NCBI GenBank assembly: GCA_023228825.1
Contig: JALOAL010000003.1
Coordinates: 123,956 to 187,955 of the forward strand
Reading direction: 5' to 3'
Source of the DNA: Dehalococcoidia bacterium
GTDB taxonomy: Bacteria; Chloroflexota; Dehalococcoidia; UBA2979
Length of the DNA: 64,000 nucleotides
Shown here: positions 8,997 through 18,492 of the stretch, one piece after another
Layout: each line of letters begins with the position of its first letter
Position numbering within the stretch: position 1 is the first letter of the stretch
The notes under the pieces: model-generated
What the model was told of the DNA's origin: nothing
Seen by the model: the letters and a program-made list of their open reading frames with translations, nothing else
Database searches by the model: none
Translations under genes and position numbers: made by a program

Positions 8997-9069
8997 ACCC
9001 GGGTCCAACAACGGCCGCCGGGCGACGACCGGTCGCGGGCGGCGCACAGGGATCGCGAAGGGCCGACGG

Positions 9070-10803
9070 GTGAGCAACAACCGTCCGGACCACTTGACGT
9101 GGCGTCACTGGGTGATGGGCGTGCTCGTGCTCGCCTCCATCGCCATGGTGATGGTGCGGCTGTACCAGGTGCAGATCCTCAACCACGAGGACTACCTGGA
9201 GCAGGCTGCCGTCACGCGCCAGGGGGCCGCCACCATCCCGGCCGCCCGCGGCGCCATCCTGGACGCCACCGGCTACCCCCTGGCCACCTCCGTGGACACC
9301 TGGGACATCTATATCGACCGCTTCCTCTGGCGAGACCACGAGAAGGCGCTGGCCGCCGCACGCGGGCTGGCGGACTTCCTGAGTGTCAGCCCGGACGGGC
9401 TGCTGCACATGGGCACCGAGGACGACCTGGGCGACGTGCTGGTCACGCGCCAGGTGGAGTACGGCCGCGGCCTGCAACTGGACGCGCTTGACCTGTGGGG
9501 CATCCGCCTCATTCCCTCCTCCCGCCGCATCTATCCGGAGGGCGACCTGGCCGGCCAACTGGTGGGCTACGTGGGCCGCGAGGGCCATGGCCTGTGGGGC
9601 GTGGAGGCGGACCTGGACGCCACCCTGCAGGGACGCGACGGCTGGATGACCATTGAACGAGACGCCATTGGCCGGCCAATCGCCTTCAGCCAGCAGCGCA
9701 TGAAGGAGCCCACCAGCGGCGGCGAGGTGCAACTCACCATCGACCGCTTCATCCAGGGCATGGCGGAGGACACGCTGACGGCGGCGCTGCAGCAGTACAA
9801 CGCTCGCTCCGGCTCAATCATCGTGATGGACCCGTACACCGGCGCCATCCTCGCCATGACCTCCCAGCCGTCGGTGGATCTGGACTCGGTGGACCTGAAC
9901 GACCCAGAGTTGGACGCGCTCGTGCGGAACGCGGCCATCACGGACCTGTACGAGCCCGGGTCCGTCTTCAAGACCCTCACCACCGCCGCCGCCCTGGATC
10001 TGGGCCTGGTCACGCCGGAGTCTTCGTTCGAAGACAAGGGCGCCGTGGACGTGGGCGGCTACACCATCCGCAACTGGGACCTGCAGGCCCACGGCCTGGT
10101 CTCCGTGCGCCAGTACCTGCAGCACTCCCTGAACACCGGCGCCTACTGGCTCGCGGACATGATGGGGCCCAACGACTTCTACGAGTACGTGGCGCGCTTC
10201 GGCATGGGCGAGCCCACACACCTGGGCCTCTCCGGCGAGGCGGAGGGCACGTACCGCACCCCCGCGGACTCGGACTGGTACCCGGTGGACCTCGCCACCA
10301 ACTCCTACGGACAGGGGCTGGCGGTGACGCCGCTGCAGATGCTGACGGCCGTCAACACCTTCGCCAACGGCGGCATGCTCATGCGCCCGTACATCGTCTC
10401 GCGGGTGGTTACCCCCACGGACGTCCGTACCTACGAGCCCGTACAGGTGCGGCGCGTGATCAGCGAGGCCGCCGCGGACACCATGCTGGACCTGATGCGC
10501 GACGTGGTGGAGGGCCTGGAGTGGCACGGCGCCCGCGTCCCGGGCTACCAGGTGGCCGGCAAGACCGGCACCACGCTGGTCTCCATCCCCACGGGCTACG
10601 ACCTGGACACCACCATCGCCTCCTTCGCGGGGTTCATCCCGTACGAGGCGCCGAAGGTCTCCATCCTCGTGAAGATCGACCAGCCCAGCGGCGGGCTGAA
10701 CCTGGGCGGGCAGGTCGCGGCGCCGGTGTTTGCAGACCTGGCGGCGCAGGTGATGGACTATCTGCGCGTCCCACCCACCGGCGCAACGGTGGCCAACCGA
10801 TGA
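9070..10803 (+). CDS. ftsI: Penicillin-binding protein, class B transpeptidase (FtsI/PBP2B-like)
   Basis: N-terminal TM, PBP dimer domain, and the transpeptidase motifs SVFK (SxxK), SLN (SxN) and KTGT. GTG start. Confidence 0.9.
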   Translation: MSNNRPDHLTWRHWVMGVLVLASIAMVMVRLYQVQILNHEDYLEQAAVTRQGAATIPAARGAILDATGYPLATSVDTWDIYIDRFLWRDHEKALAAARGLADFLSVSPDGLLHMGTEDDLGDVLVTRQVEYGRGLQLDALDLWGIRLIPSSRRIYPEGDLAGQLVGYVGREGHGLWGVEADLDATLQGRDGWMTIERDAIGRPIAFSQQRMKEPTSGGEVQLTIDRFIQGMAEDTLTAALQQYNARSGSIIVMDPYTGAILAMTSQPSVDLDSVDLNDPELDALVRNAAITDLYEPGSVFKTLTTAAALDLGLVTPESSFEDKGAVDVGGYTIRNWDLQAHGLVSVRQYLQHSLNTGAYWLADMMGPNDFYEYVARFGMGEPTHLGLSGEAEGTYRTPADSDWYPVDLATNSYGQGLAVTPLQMLTAVNTFANGGMLMRPYIVSRVVTPTDVRTYEPVQVRRVISEAAADTMLDLMRDVVEGLEWHGARVPGYQVAGKTGTTLVSIPTGYDLDTTIASFAGFIPYEAPKVSILVKIDQPSGGLNLGGQVAAPVFADLAAQVMDYLRVPPTGATVANR

Positions 10804-12236
10804 CCGGCACCCGCGGCCCTGTGCTGGACGTTGCCTTCGTCACCGCGGCCCTGGGGCCGCGGTTGCGGCATCCTGCGGCTCCCGCATTTACCCACAACCC
10901 GGCCCACAACCTCCCCGCCCGCACCCGCTTCGACCGCGCCGTGGTCGACTCGCGCGAGGTGCGCCCGGGCGACCTCTTCGTGGCGCTGCCGGGCGATCGC
11001 GTGGACGGCCATGACTACGCCGCCGCCGCCGTGGCCGCCGGCGCCGCCGGTGTCCTGGCCACCCGCGAGGCGGCGATCGAGGGCGTCCCCCTGTTCGTAG
11101 TGGACGACTCGCTGGCCGCCCTCCAGGACCTGAGCGCGGCATGGCGGGCGGCGCTGCCTCTGGATGTCGTGGGCGTCACCGGGTCCGTCGGCAAGACCAC
11201 CACCAAGGCCATCGTGGCGGCGGTGCTGGGCGCGAAGTACCGCGTGCAGGCCAACCCGCTCAACTACAACAACGAGATCTCGGTACCACTCTGCCTGCTG
11301 GAACTGAAACCGGAGACGCAGCGCGCCGTGATCGAGATGGGCATGTACACCACGGGCGAGATCGCCCTGCTCTGCCAGTGGGCCCAGCCCCGCGCGGGCA
11401 TCGTGCTGAACGTGGGCCCCACGCACCTGGAGCGCGCCGGATCCATCGAGGCGATCGCAGAGGCCAAGAGCGAACTCGTGCAGGCCCTGCCCGCGGATGG
11501 CGTCGCCATCCTCAACGTGGACGACCCCATGGTGCGCGGCATGGTGGGCCTGGCCCGCTCACGCGTGATGTGGTTCGGCACGGACGACCCGGCCGAGGTG
11601 CGCGCCACGGACGTGGTCTCCCACGGCGCGGAGGGGTTCGAGTTCACGCTCCACCACCAGGGCGACACGCGCCGGCTGCGCGTCCGGCTTCCGGGACGCC
11701 ACCTGGTCTCCAACGTGCTCGCCGGCGCGGCCGCCGGACTGGCGGACGGCCTCTCCCTGCGCCAGGTGGGGGACGCCATCGAGGCGCTCGCCGTGCCCAC
11801 CCGCATGCGCGTGATCACGCGGCCGGACGGCACGCGCATCATCGACGACACGTACAACGCGCAGCCCTCCTCCATGCTGGCGGCGCTGGACCTGGTGGAC
11901 GAAATGCCCGGCCGCCACATTGCCCTGCTGGGCGACATGCGCGAACTGGGCGTGGCCTCCGGCTACGAGCACCAGCGCGTGGGCGAACGCGCCGGCGAGG
12001 TGCTGGACGCCCTGGTCACGCTGGGCGACGAGGCGCGCACGCTGGGCGAGGCCGCCCTGGCGGCCGGCGGTGGTGAGATCCACCACGCGACCTCGCGCGA
12101 AGAGGCCGCAGCGCTCCTCTGGACTCTCGTCCGGCCGGGCGACGTAGTGCTCGTCAAGGGCAGCCACGCGCTGGGGCTGGAGGCGGTGGTGGCAGAACTC
12201 GAGCGGTCGCGCGGGCCAGAGGAGCCGGAACGATGA
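10800..12236 (+). CDS. murF: UDP-N-acetylmuramoyl-tripeptide--D-alanyl-D-alanine ligase MurF
   Basis: P-loop GVTGSVGKTTTK. MurF-specific NYNNEISVPL and DDTYNAQPSS. The ATG at 10800 overlaps the ftsI stop (ATGA). The track ORF from 10521 is over-extended. Confidence 0.9.
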   Translation: MTGTRGPVLDVAFVTAALGPRLRHPAAPAFTHNPAHNLPARTRFDRAVVDSREVRPGDLFVALPGDRVDGHDYAAAAVAAGAAGVLATREAAIEGVPLFVVDDSLAALQDLSAAWRAALPLDVVGVTGSVGKTTTKAIVAAVLGAKYRVQANPLNYNNEISVPLCLLELKPETQRAVIEMGMYTTGEIALLCQWAQPRAGIVLNVGPTHLERAGSIEAIAEAKSELVQALPADGVAILNVDDPMVRGMVGLARSRVMWFGTDDPAEVRATDVVSHGAEGFEFTLHHQGDTRRLRVRLPGRHLVSNVLAGAAAGLADGLSLRQVGDAIEALAVPTRMRVITRPDGTRIIDDTYNAQPSSMLAALDLVDEMPGRHIALLGDMRELGVASGYEHQRVGERAGEVLDALVTLGDEARTLGEAALAAGGGEIHHATSREEAAALLWTLVRPGDVVLVKGSHALGLEAVVAELERSRGPEEPER

Positions 12237-13219
12237 TCGAAGCCCTCCTGGCCGGCGGGGTGGCCTTCCTGGTGGCGCTCGCCGCCGGGCGACCGGCCGT
12301 GCGCATCCTGGGCGCGAAGAAGATGGGCAAGGCCATCTCCGAGTACCTGCCCTCCACCCACGCGGTGAAGGCGGGCACGCCCACCATGGGCGGCATCCTG
12401 ATCTGGGGCACGGTGGCCGTGGTCACCCTGCTCACCAACGTCTTCGAGTTCCGCGACGGTGACCTGGTCTTCGAGCGCCGCTCGATGATCCTCCCGGTGA
12501 TGGTGGTCATCGCGATGATGGCGGTGGGGTTCTGGGACGACCTCGGTTCTCTGGTGGGCGGCACGTACCGAGGCCTCTCCTGGCGCATCAAGTTCGTCTT
12601 CATCGCAGTGCTGTCCGCCACCGTGGCCGCCACGATGTTCTGGGTGCTGGACGCAGAGAGCATCAACATCCCGTGGGCGGGCCAGCACGAACTGGGCTAC
12701 ATCTACCTCGCCATTGCCTTCGTGACCGTCTTCTCCGGCACCACGGCGGTGGCGGTGACGGACGGGCTGGACGGGCTGCTGGGAGGGCTCGCAGCGTTCG
12801 CCTTCGGGGCGTACGGCATCATCGCCTTCATGCAGGGTCAGGACTTCCTGGCGGTGTTCTGCTTCACGGTGGTGGGCGCCCTGCTGGGCTTCCTCTGGTA
12901 CAACGCGCACCCGGCATCCCTGATCATGGGCGACACGGGCGCGCTGCCGTTGGGCGCGGCGCTGGCCACGGTGGGCCTGATGACGGGCCACTGGCTGCTA
13001 CTGCCGGTCATCGGCGCGGTCTTCGTGGCGGAGGCCATGTCGGACATCCTGCAGGTGGCCTACTTCCGCACCACGGGCGGCCGGCGGCTGTTCCGCAAGG
13101 CCCCCCTGCACCACCACCTGGAGTTGCTCGGCTGGTCCGAGCCGCAGGTGGTCATGCGTCTCTACCTCTTCGGGATCGCGGGAGCCATGGTCGGCGTGGC
13201 CCTGGCGCTGTCAGTGTGA
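12233..13219 (+). CDS. mraY: Phospho-N-acetylmuramoyl-pentapeptide transferase MraY
   Basis: 328-aa polytopic membrane protein with GTPTMGG, DDLGSL, TDGLDGL and NAHPASLIMGDTG motifs. Confidence 0.95.
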   Translation: MIEALLAGGVAFLVALAAGRPAVRILGAKKMGKAISEYLPSTHAVKAGTPTMGGILIWGTVAVVTLLTNVFEFRDGDLVFERRSMILPVMVVIAMMAVGFWDDLGSLVGGTYRGLSWRIKFVFIAVLSATVAATMFWVLDAESINIPWAGQHELGYIYLAIAFVTVFSGTTAVAVTDGLDGLLGGLAAFAFGAYGIIAFMQGQDFLAVFCFTVVGALLGFLWYNAHPASLIMGDTGALPLGAALATVGLMTGHWLLLPVIGAVFVAEAMSDILQVAYFRTTGGRRLFRKAPLHHHLELLGWSEPQVVMRLYLFGIAGAMVGVALALSV

Positions 13220-13263
13220 CTGTGGGTGTGCTATACCGTGTTGATAATATCGGCTTACCCGCT

Positions 13264-14646
13264 ATGACAGATATGCAAATGCTGCGGGAGGCGCGGGTGA
13301 CGGTGATCGGGCTCGGGATCGAGGGCATCGACCTCGTCCGCTTCCTGGCGGCCGAGGGCGCCCGCGTGACCGTGTCTGACCGCCGTCCGCGCGAAGAACT
13401 GGCGGAAGCCCTCGCCGCGATCGAGGGCACGGACGCCCGGCTCTCGCTGGGCGCGAATCGGGCAGAGGATGCGACGGACGCGGACATGGTCTTCGTCTCC
13501 CAGGGCGTCCCCAACGACAACCCGGCGGTCGCCGCGGCCCTGGCCGCCGGCGTGCCGGTCTCGACCATGCTCGGCCTCTTCCTGGAGCGCTGCCCCGCCC
13601 CCGTCATCGGCATCACCGGCTCCGCCGGCAAGACCACCACGACCGCCCTGGTCGCCTCGATGCTCCAGGGCGAAGGGCTGCCCCACGTGATGGGCGGCAA
13701 CATTGGCATCGGCTTGCTCTCGCTCCTCCCGGAGATCGAGGCGGACACGCGCGTGGTGGTGGAGATGTCCCACACGCAACTGGAGCGCGTGGCCGTATCG
13801 CCCCACGTCGCCTGCGTCACCAACGTCACCCCCAACCACCTGGACCGGTTCGCCTGGGAGGACTACGTCGCCCTGAAGCGCCGCATCATCGACTTCCAGG
13901 CCTCGGACGACGTGGCCGTCCTCAACCAGGACAACGAGGTCACCCGAGGCTTCGCGGAGATGGCCCCCGGCCGCGTGGCGCGCACCTCCATGCGCGACCA
14001 GATCGCCGGCGACGGCGCCATGCTGCGAGACGGCCGCGTCTGGCGCGTACTGGACGGCGAGACCGTGGAGGTCGTCGGCCGGCCGGAGGTGGCCCTGCGC
14101 GGCGACCACAACATCGAGAACCTGCTGGCGGCGGTGGCCGTGGGCGCGCAGGTGGGCGTCTCCGTCCACTCCGCGGCGCAGACCGCGCGCACCTTCACCG
14201 GCGTGCCCCACCGCCTGGAGCCCATCGCCACGGTGGCGGGCGTCCTCTACGTGAACGACTCCATCGCCACCGCGCCGGAGCGCACGCTGGCCGGCCTGCG
14301 CTCGTTCGAAGAGCCGGTGGTGCTGCTGCTGGGGGGGCGCGACAAGCAACTGCCCGTGCGCGACCTGGCCCGGGAGGCCGCCTCAAGGTGTCGGGCGGTG
14401 GTCTGCTTCGGCGAGTCCGGCGACCTCTACGCGCAGGCCGTGCGCGAGGCCGCCGGTGGCCGCGACCTGCCGATCGCCCGCGTGGGGACGGTGGAAGAGG
14501 CCGTCAGCGCCGCCGCCCGCCTCGCACGCGAGGGCGACGTGGTGCTCTTTGCGCCGGCCGCCACCTCGTTTGACCAGTACCGCAACTTCGAGGAGCGAGG
14601 CCGCGCCTTCCGCGGGGCCGTGACGGCGATGGGAGGGCGACCGTGA
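13264..14646 (+). CDS. murD: UDP-N-acetylmuramoylalanine--D-glutamate ligase MurD
   Basis: Rossmann N-terminus VTVIGLGIEGIDL, P-loop GITGSAGKTTTTAL, and HRLE..V.GV.YVNDSIATAPE. The start is uncertain: ATGs at 13264, 13273 and 13279 are in frame. Confidence 0.88.
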   Translation: MTDMQMLREARVTVIGLGIEGIDLVRFLAAEGARVTVSDRRPREELAEALAAIEGTDARLSLGANRAEDATDADMVFVSQGVPNDNPAVAAALAAGVPVSTMLGLFLERCPAPVIGITGSAGKTTTTALVASMLQGEGLPHVMGGNIGIGLLSLLPEIEADTRVVVEMSHTQLERVAVSPHVACVTNVTPNHLDRFAWEDYVALKRRIIDFQASDDVAVLNQDNEVTRGFAEMAPGRVARTSMRDQIAGDGAMLRDGRVWRVLDGETVEVVGRPEVALRGDHNIENLLAAVAVGAQVGVSVHSAAQTARTFTGVPHRLEPIATVAGVLYVNDSIATAPERTLAGLRSFEEPVVLLLGGRDKQLPVRDLAREAASRCRAVVCFGESGDLYAQAVREAAGGRDLPIARVGTVEEAVSAAARLAREGDVVLFAPAATSFDQYRNFEERGRAFRGAVTAMGGRP

Positions 14647-15971
14647 GTTTCCGCGGCGTCGCCACCCGCTCGCAGCCCGCGCCTCGGAAACAGGCCGCCC
14701 CCCGGACGGGCGCGTCCCGGCCCCAGGGGCAGCAGGGCAAGCCGCGCGCACACGCGCCAGACTACCTGGCGCTGACCGCCGTGCTCGTGCTGTCCGTGAT
14801 CGGCCTGATCGCCGTCTACTCGTCCTCCTACGCGCTGGGAGACGCGGAATTCGGCGACCCCAACTACTTCGTGAAGCGCCAGGGCATGTTCATGGTGGGC
14901 GGCATCCTGCTGATGCTGGCGGTGATGCGCTTCGACTACCACTTCCTGCGCCGCCTGAGCCCGCTGTTCATGCTCGCGGCGCTCGTGGGCCTGGCGCTGG
15001 TGCTGGTGCCGGGGCTGGGCGTGACGCAGAACGGCGCGCAGTCGTGGATCGCCCTCGGCCCGCTGCCGCCGCTGCAGCCCTCCGAGTTCGCGAAGTTGGC
15101 CGTGCTCATCTACCTGGCCGCCTGGCTGGCCGCCAAGGGCGACATCCTGCATGACGTGGCGCTGGGCGTGGTGCCGTTCGTGGGCATGGTGGGCGTGGTG
15201 GCCGCGCTGATCATCCTGCAGCCGGACATCGGCACCACGGTGATGATCGCGGCCATCACGGGCACGCTGTTCTTCGTGGCCGGCGCGCGCCTCTTCCACG
15301 TGGCCGTGCTGGTGGCCACCGCGCTCTTCACGCTGGTGGTGCTCATCCTGGCGGGCGGCTACCGCATGGACCGCATCACGGCCTTCCTGGACGCCGAATC
15401 CGACCCCACGGGCGTGGGCTTCCACGCCATCCAGTTGCTGGTGGCCTTCGGATCCGGGGGCTTCACCGGGCTGGGCCTGGGGGTCTCCCGCCAGAAGTTC
15501 TTTTACGTCCCCGGCTCCCACACGGACGGGGTGCTGGCGATCCTGGGTGAGGAACTGGGCTACATCGGCGCGAGCGTGGTGATGGCGCTGTTCCTGCTAC
15601 TGCTGGTGCGCATCTTCGTGATCGCGCGACGCTCGGACCACGTCTTCGGGTCGCTGATCGCCATGGGCATCTTCGCGTGGATCGCCTTCCAGATGATCAT
15701 CAACGTGGGCGGGGTCCTGCGGCTCATGCCGCTCACCGGCATCCCGCTCCCCTTCGTCTCCTACGGCGGCACCTCGCTCCTGGCGCTGTACGCGGCCATG
15801 GGCGTCCTGCTGGGCGTCAGCCGCTATGCCGCCATCGGCGCTACCGAGGAGCCTGCGGAGGTGCACGGCGCCGTCCCGGTGCGCCCCGGCAGCCCGGAGC
15901 ACGCAGCCCGCGCGAACGGCCGAGGCGCCTCAGGACCTCGACGCGCCTCCACACCCGGAGGTGTGCGATGA
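14643..15971 (+). CDS. ftsW: Peptidoglycan glycosyltransferase FtsW (SEDS family)
   Basis: 442 aa and ~10 TM, with SEDS motifs (QPSEFAKL, LQPDIGT, DGVLAILGEELGY, GIPLPFVSYGGTS). Confidence 0.9.
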   Translation: MSFRGVATRSQPAPRKQAAPRTGASRPQGQQGKPRAHAPDYLALTAVLVLSVIGLIAVYSSSYALGDAEFGDPNYFVKRQGMFMVGGILLMLAVMRFDYHFLRRLSPLFMLAALVGLALVLVPGLGVTQNGAQSWIALGPLPPLQPSEFAKLAVLIYLAAWLAAKGDILHDVALGVVPFVGMVGVVAALIILQPDIGTTVMIAAITGTLFFVAGARLFHVAVLVATALFTLVVLILAGGYRMDRITAFLDAESDPTGVGFHAIQLLVAFGSGGFTGLGLGVSRQKFFYVPGSHTDGVLAILGEELGYIGASVVMALFLLLLVRIFVIARRSDHVFGSLIAMGIFAWIAFQMIINVGGVLRLMPLTGIPLPFVSYGGTSLLALYAAMGVLLGVSRYAAIGATEEPAEVHGAVPVRPGSPEHAARANGRGASGPRRASTPGGVR

Positions 15972-17059
15972 GGGTCGCGCTGGCCGGTGGCGGCACGGGC
16001 GGGCACGTCTACCCCGCGCTGGCGGTGGCGGAGCGTCTGCACGCCTCCGGCGACGTGGACCTGGTCTACTACGGCACCTCCACGGGGCTCGAACGCGGCC
16101 TGGTGGAGGCCGCCGGGATCCCCTTCCGCTCCGTGCCCGCGGCGCAACTGCGCGTGCGCGCGCCGTGGCTGGTGGCGCGCGGCCTCCTGCGCCTGTGGCA
16201 GGGCACCCGCGAGGCGCGCCGCATGCTGCGACAGGACCGCCCCAACGTGCTCTTCGCCACCGGCGGCTATGCCGCCGCACCGATCGGCCGCGCGGCGAAG
16301 CAGGCCGGAGTACCGCTGATCGTATTCCTGCCGGACGCCCATCCGGGCTGGGCCGTGAAGTTCCTGGCGCGCTACGCCACCACCATCGCCTGCGCGGTGG
16401 ACCAGGCCGTGGACGCGCTGCCCGAGGGCCGCACGGTCGTCACCGGCTACCCACTGCGCGCCCAGTTCGCCACCGCCACGGCGGAGGACGGCCACAACGC
16501 CTTCTCGCTGGACGCCTCGCTCCCCACCGTGCTCGTCACGGGCGGTTCGCAGGGCGCGCGCGCGATCAACCAGGCCGTGGCGGAGGCGCTCCCCCGCTGG
16601 CTGGCGGAGGCGCAGGTGATCCACGTCTGCGGCCCCAACCACCTCGAGGGCCTCGAGGCGCGGCGCGCGGACCTGTCCGAGGAGCAGCGCGGCCGCTACC
16701 ACCTGTTCGGCTATACGGAGGAGATGGCGCCGGCCATGGCGGCGTCTGACCTGGCCGTGATGCGCGCGGGGGCGTCCACGCTGGGCGAACTCTCCGTCAC
16801 CGGCCTGCCTGCGGTCCTGGTGCCTGGCGCCTACTCGGACCAGGCCGTGAACGCGGACTACCTCGCCTCCCGCGGCGCCGCCGTCCACCTGCCGGAGTCC
16901 AGGATCGAGGACCTCACCACGCTCGTGCTGGACCTGCTCCGCGACACGCCTCGACGCGAGGCGATGGCGGAGGCGATGCGGGCGCTGGCGCGGCCGGACG
17001 CGGCGGAGCGGCTGGCCGCGCTCGTGCGCGACGTCGCGACGAAGGAGGCCGCCGCGTGA
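15968..17059 (+). CDS. murG: UDP-GlcNAc:lipid I N-acetylglucosaminyltransferase MurG
   Basis: MRVALAGGGTGGHVYPALAVAE..., C-terminal GGSQGAR and MRAGASTLGEL. The ATG at 15968 overlaps the ftsW stop. Confidence 0.9.
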   Translation: MRVALAGGGTGGHVYPALAVAERLHASGDVDLVYYGTSTGLERGLVEAAGIPFRSVPAAQLRVRAPWLVARGLLRLWQGTREARRMLRQDRPNVLFATGGYAAAPIGRAAKQAGVPLIVFLPDAHPGWAVKFLARYATTIACAVDQAVDALPEGRTVVTGYPLRAQFATATAEDGHNAFSLDASLPTVLVTGGSQGARAINQAVAEALPRWLAEAQVIHVCGPNHLEGLEARRADLSEEQRGRYHLFGYTEEMAPAMAASDLAVMRAGASTLGELSVTGLPAVLVPGAYSDQAVNADYLASRGAAVHLPESRIEDLTTLVLDLLRDTPRREAMAEAMRALARPDAAERLAALVRDVATKEAAA

Positions 17060-18492
17060 TCGGCCTCAAGCCCCGCCAGCAGCGCCGCGATGGCCACGGC
17101 ATCCCCCAGCGGATCCACCTGGTGGGCGCCGGCGGCATCCACATGTCCGGCATCGGCCAGATCCTGCTCCAGCGCGGCCACGAGGTCTCCGGCTCCGACC
17201 TGACGCTCTCCGAGCACACGCGACGCCTCCAGGCGCTCGGCGGCCGGGTGTTCCAGGGGCACGACGCCGCCCACGTGGCCCGCGCCGAACTGGTGGTGGC
17301 CACTGCCGCCGCCAGGGGCGACAACCCCGAACTCGTCGAGGCAGCCGCGCGCGGCATCCCCGTGGTGAGCCGCGCGGAGATGGTCCAACGCCTGCTCGCC
17401 GGGCGCGAGGTGCTGGCCGTGGCTGGCACGCACGGCAAGACCACCACCTCCGCCATGGCCGCCGTCATGGCCATCCGAGGCGAGCGCGAACCGCTGGTGC
17501 TCATCGGCGGCGACGTGCGCGACCTGGACGACGCGAACGCACGCGACGGCGCGGGCCCGCTGGCAATCGTGGAGGCGGACGAGTACGCGGGCGCCTTCCT
17601 CCAGTACGAGCCACGCATCGCCGTGGTCACGAACATCGAGGCGGACCACCTGGACTACTACGGCACGGAGGAACGCCTCCGCGACACCTTCCTGGAGTTC
17701 AGCCGCCGCGTGAGCCAGGACGGCACGCTCATCGTCTGCGCGGACAACGCGTGGGCGGCGGAACTGGCGGAGACCCGCGAGGCGGAGGGCGCCCGCGTGG
17801 AGCGCTACGGCATTGACGCCGCCGACGTGGCCTGGCGCGCCACGCGCGTACGCGGGAACGACCGCGGCGGCATGGACTTCGTCGTGCTGCTGGATGGGCA
17901 GGAACTGGGGCGCATGTCGCTCGCGGTGCCGGGGCGGCACAACGTGCTCAACGCCCTGGGCGCCCTGGCCGCCACCATGCGCGCCGGCGTGGACTTCCAC
18001 CGCGCGGCCGCCGCCGCCGCCGGCTTCCTGGGCGCACGCCGACGCTTCGAGGTGCTCGGGGAGGCCGAGGCAGAGGGCGGCGCCGTCACCGTGGTGGACG
18101 ACTACGCCCATCACCCCACGGAGATCCGTGCCACCCTCTCCGCCGCGCGTGGCCGCTTCCCGGGCCGCCGCCTGGTGGGCTGCTTCCAGCCGCACACCTA
18201 CACCCGCAGTCAGTACCTGCTAGAGGACTTCCGCACCTGCTTCGAGGCGCTGGACGCCCTCTACCTGCTGCGCACGTACGAGGCGCGCGAGACGGCGGAC
18301 CGCGGCATGGACGCCAGCGCGCTGGCACGCGAAATCACAAGGCCCACGCCGGTCTACCTGGACTCCTTCGAGGAGGCCGCGGAGCGGCTTGCGGCGGACC
18401 TGGCCGGCGGAGACGTGCTGTTCACCCTCGGCGCGGGGGACGTGACGGAACTGGGCCCCATGGTCCTGGAGCGGCTGGGGGGTGCGGAATGA
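17056..18492 (+). CDS. murC: UDP-N-acetylmuramate--L-alanine ligase MurC
   Basis: HLVGAGGIHMSGIGQIL, P-loop AVAGTHGKTTTSAM, DDYAHHPTEI. Confidence 0.9.
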   Translation: MIGLKPRQQRRDGHGIPQRIHLVGAGGIHMSGIGQILLQRGHEVSGSDLTLSEHTRRLQALGGRVFQGHDAAHVARAELVVATAAARGDNPELVEAAARGIPVVSRAEMVQRLLAGREVLAVAGTHGKTTTSAMAAVMAIRGEREPLVLIGGDVRDLDDANARDGAGPLAIVEADEYAGAFLQYEPRIAVVTNIEADHLDYYGTEERLRDTFLEFSRRVSQDGTLIVCADNAWAAELAETREAEGARVERYGIDAADVAWRATRVRGNDRGGMDFVVLLDGQELGRMSLAVPGRHNVLNALGALAATMRAGVDFHRAAAAAAGFLGARRRFEVLGEAEAEGGAVTVVDDYAHHPTEIRATLSAARGRFPGRRLVGCFQPHTYTRSQYLLEDFRTCFEALDALYLLRTYEARETADRGMDASALAREITRPTPVYLDSFEEAAERLAADLAGGDVLFTLGAGDVTELGPMVLERLGGAE

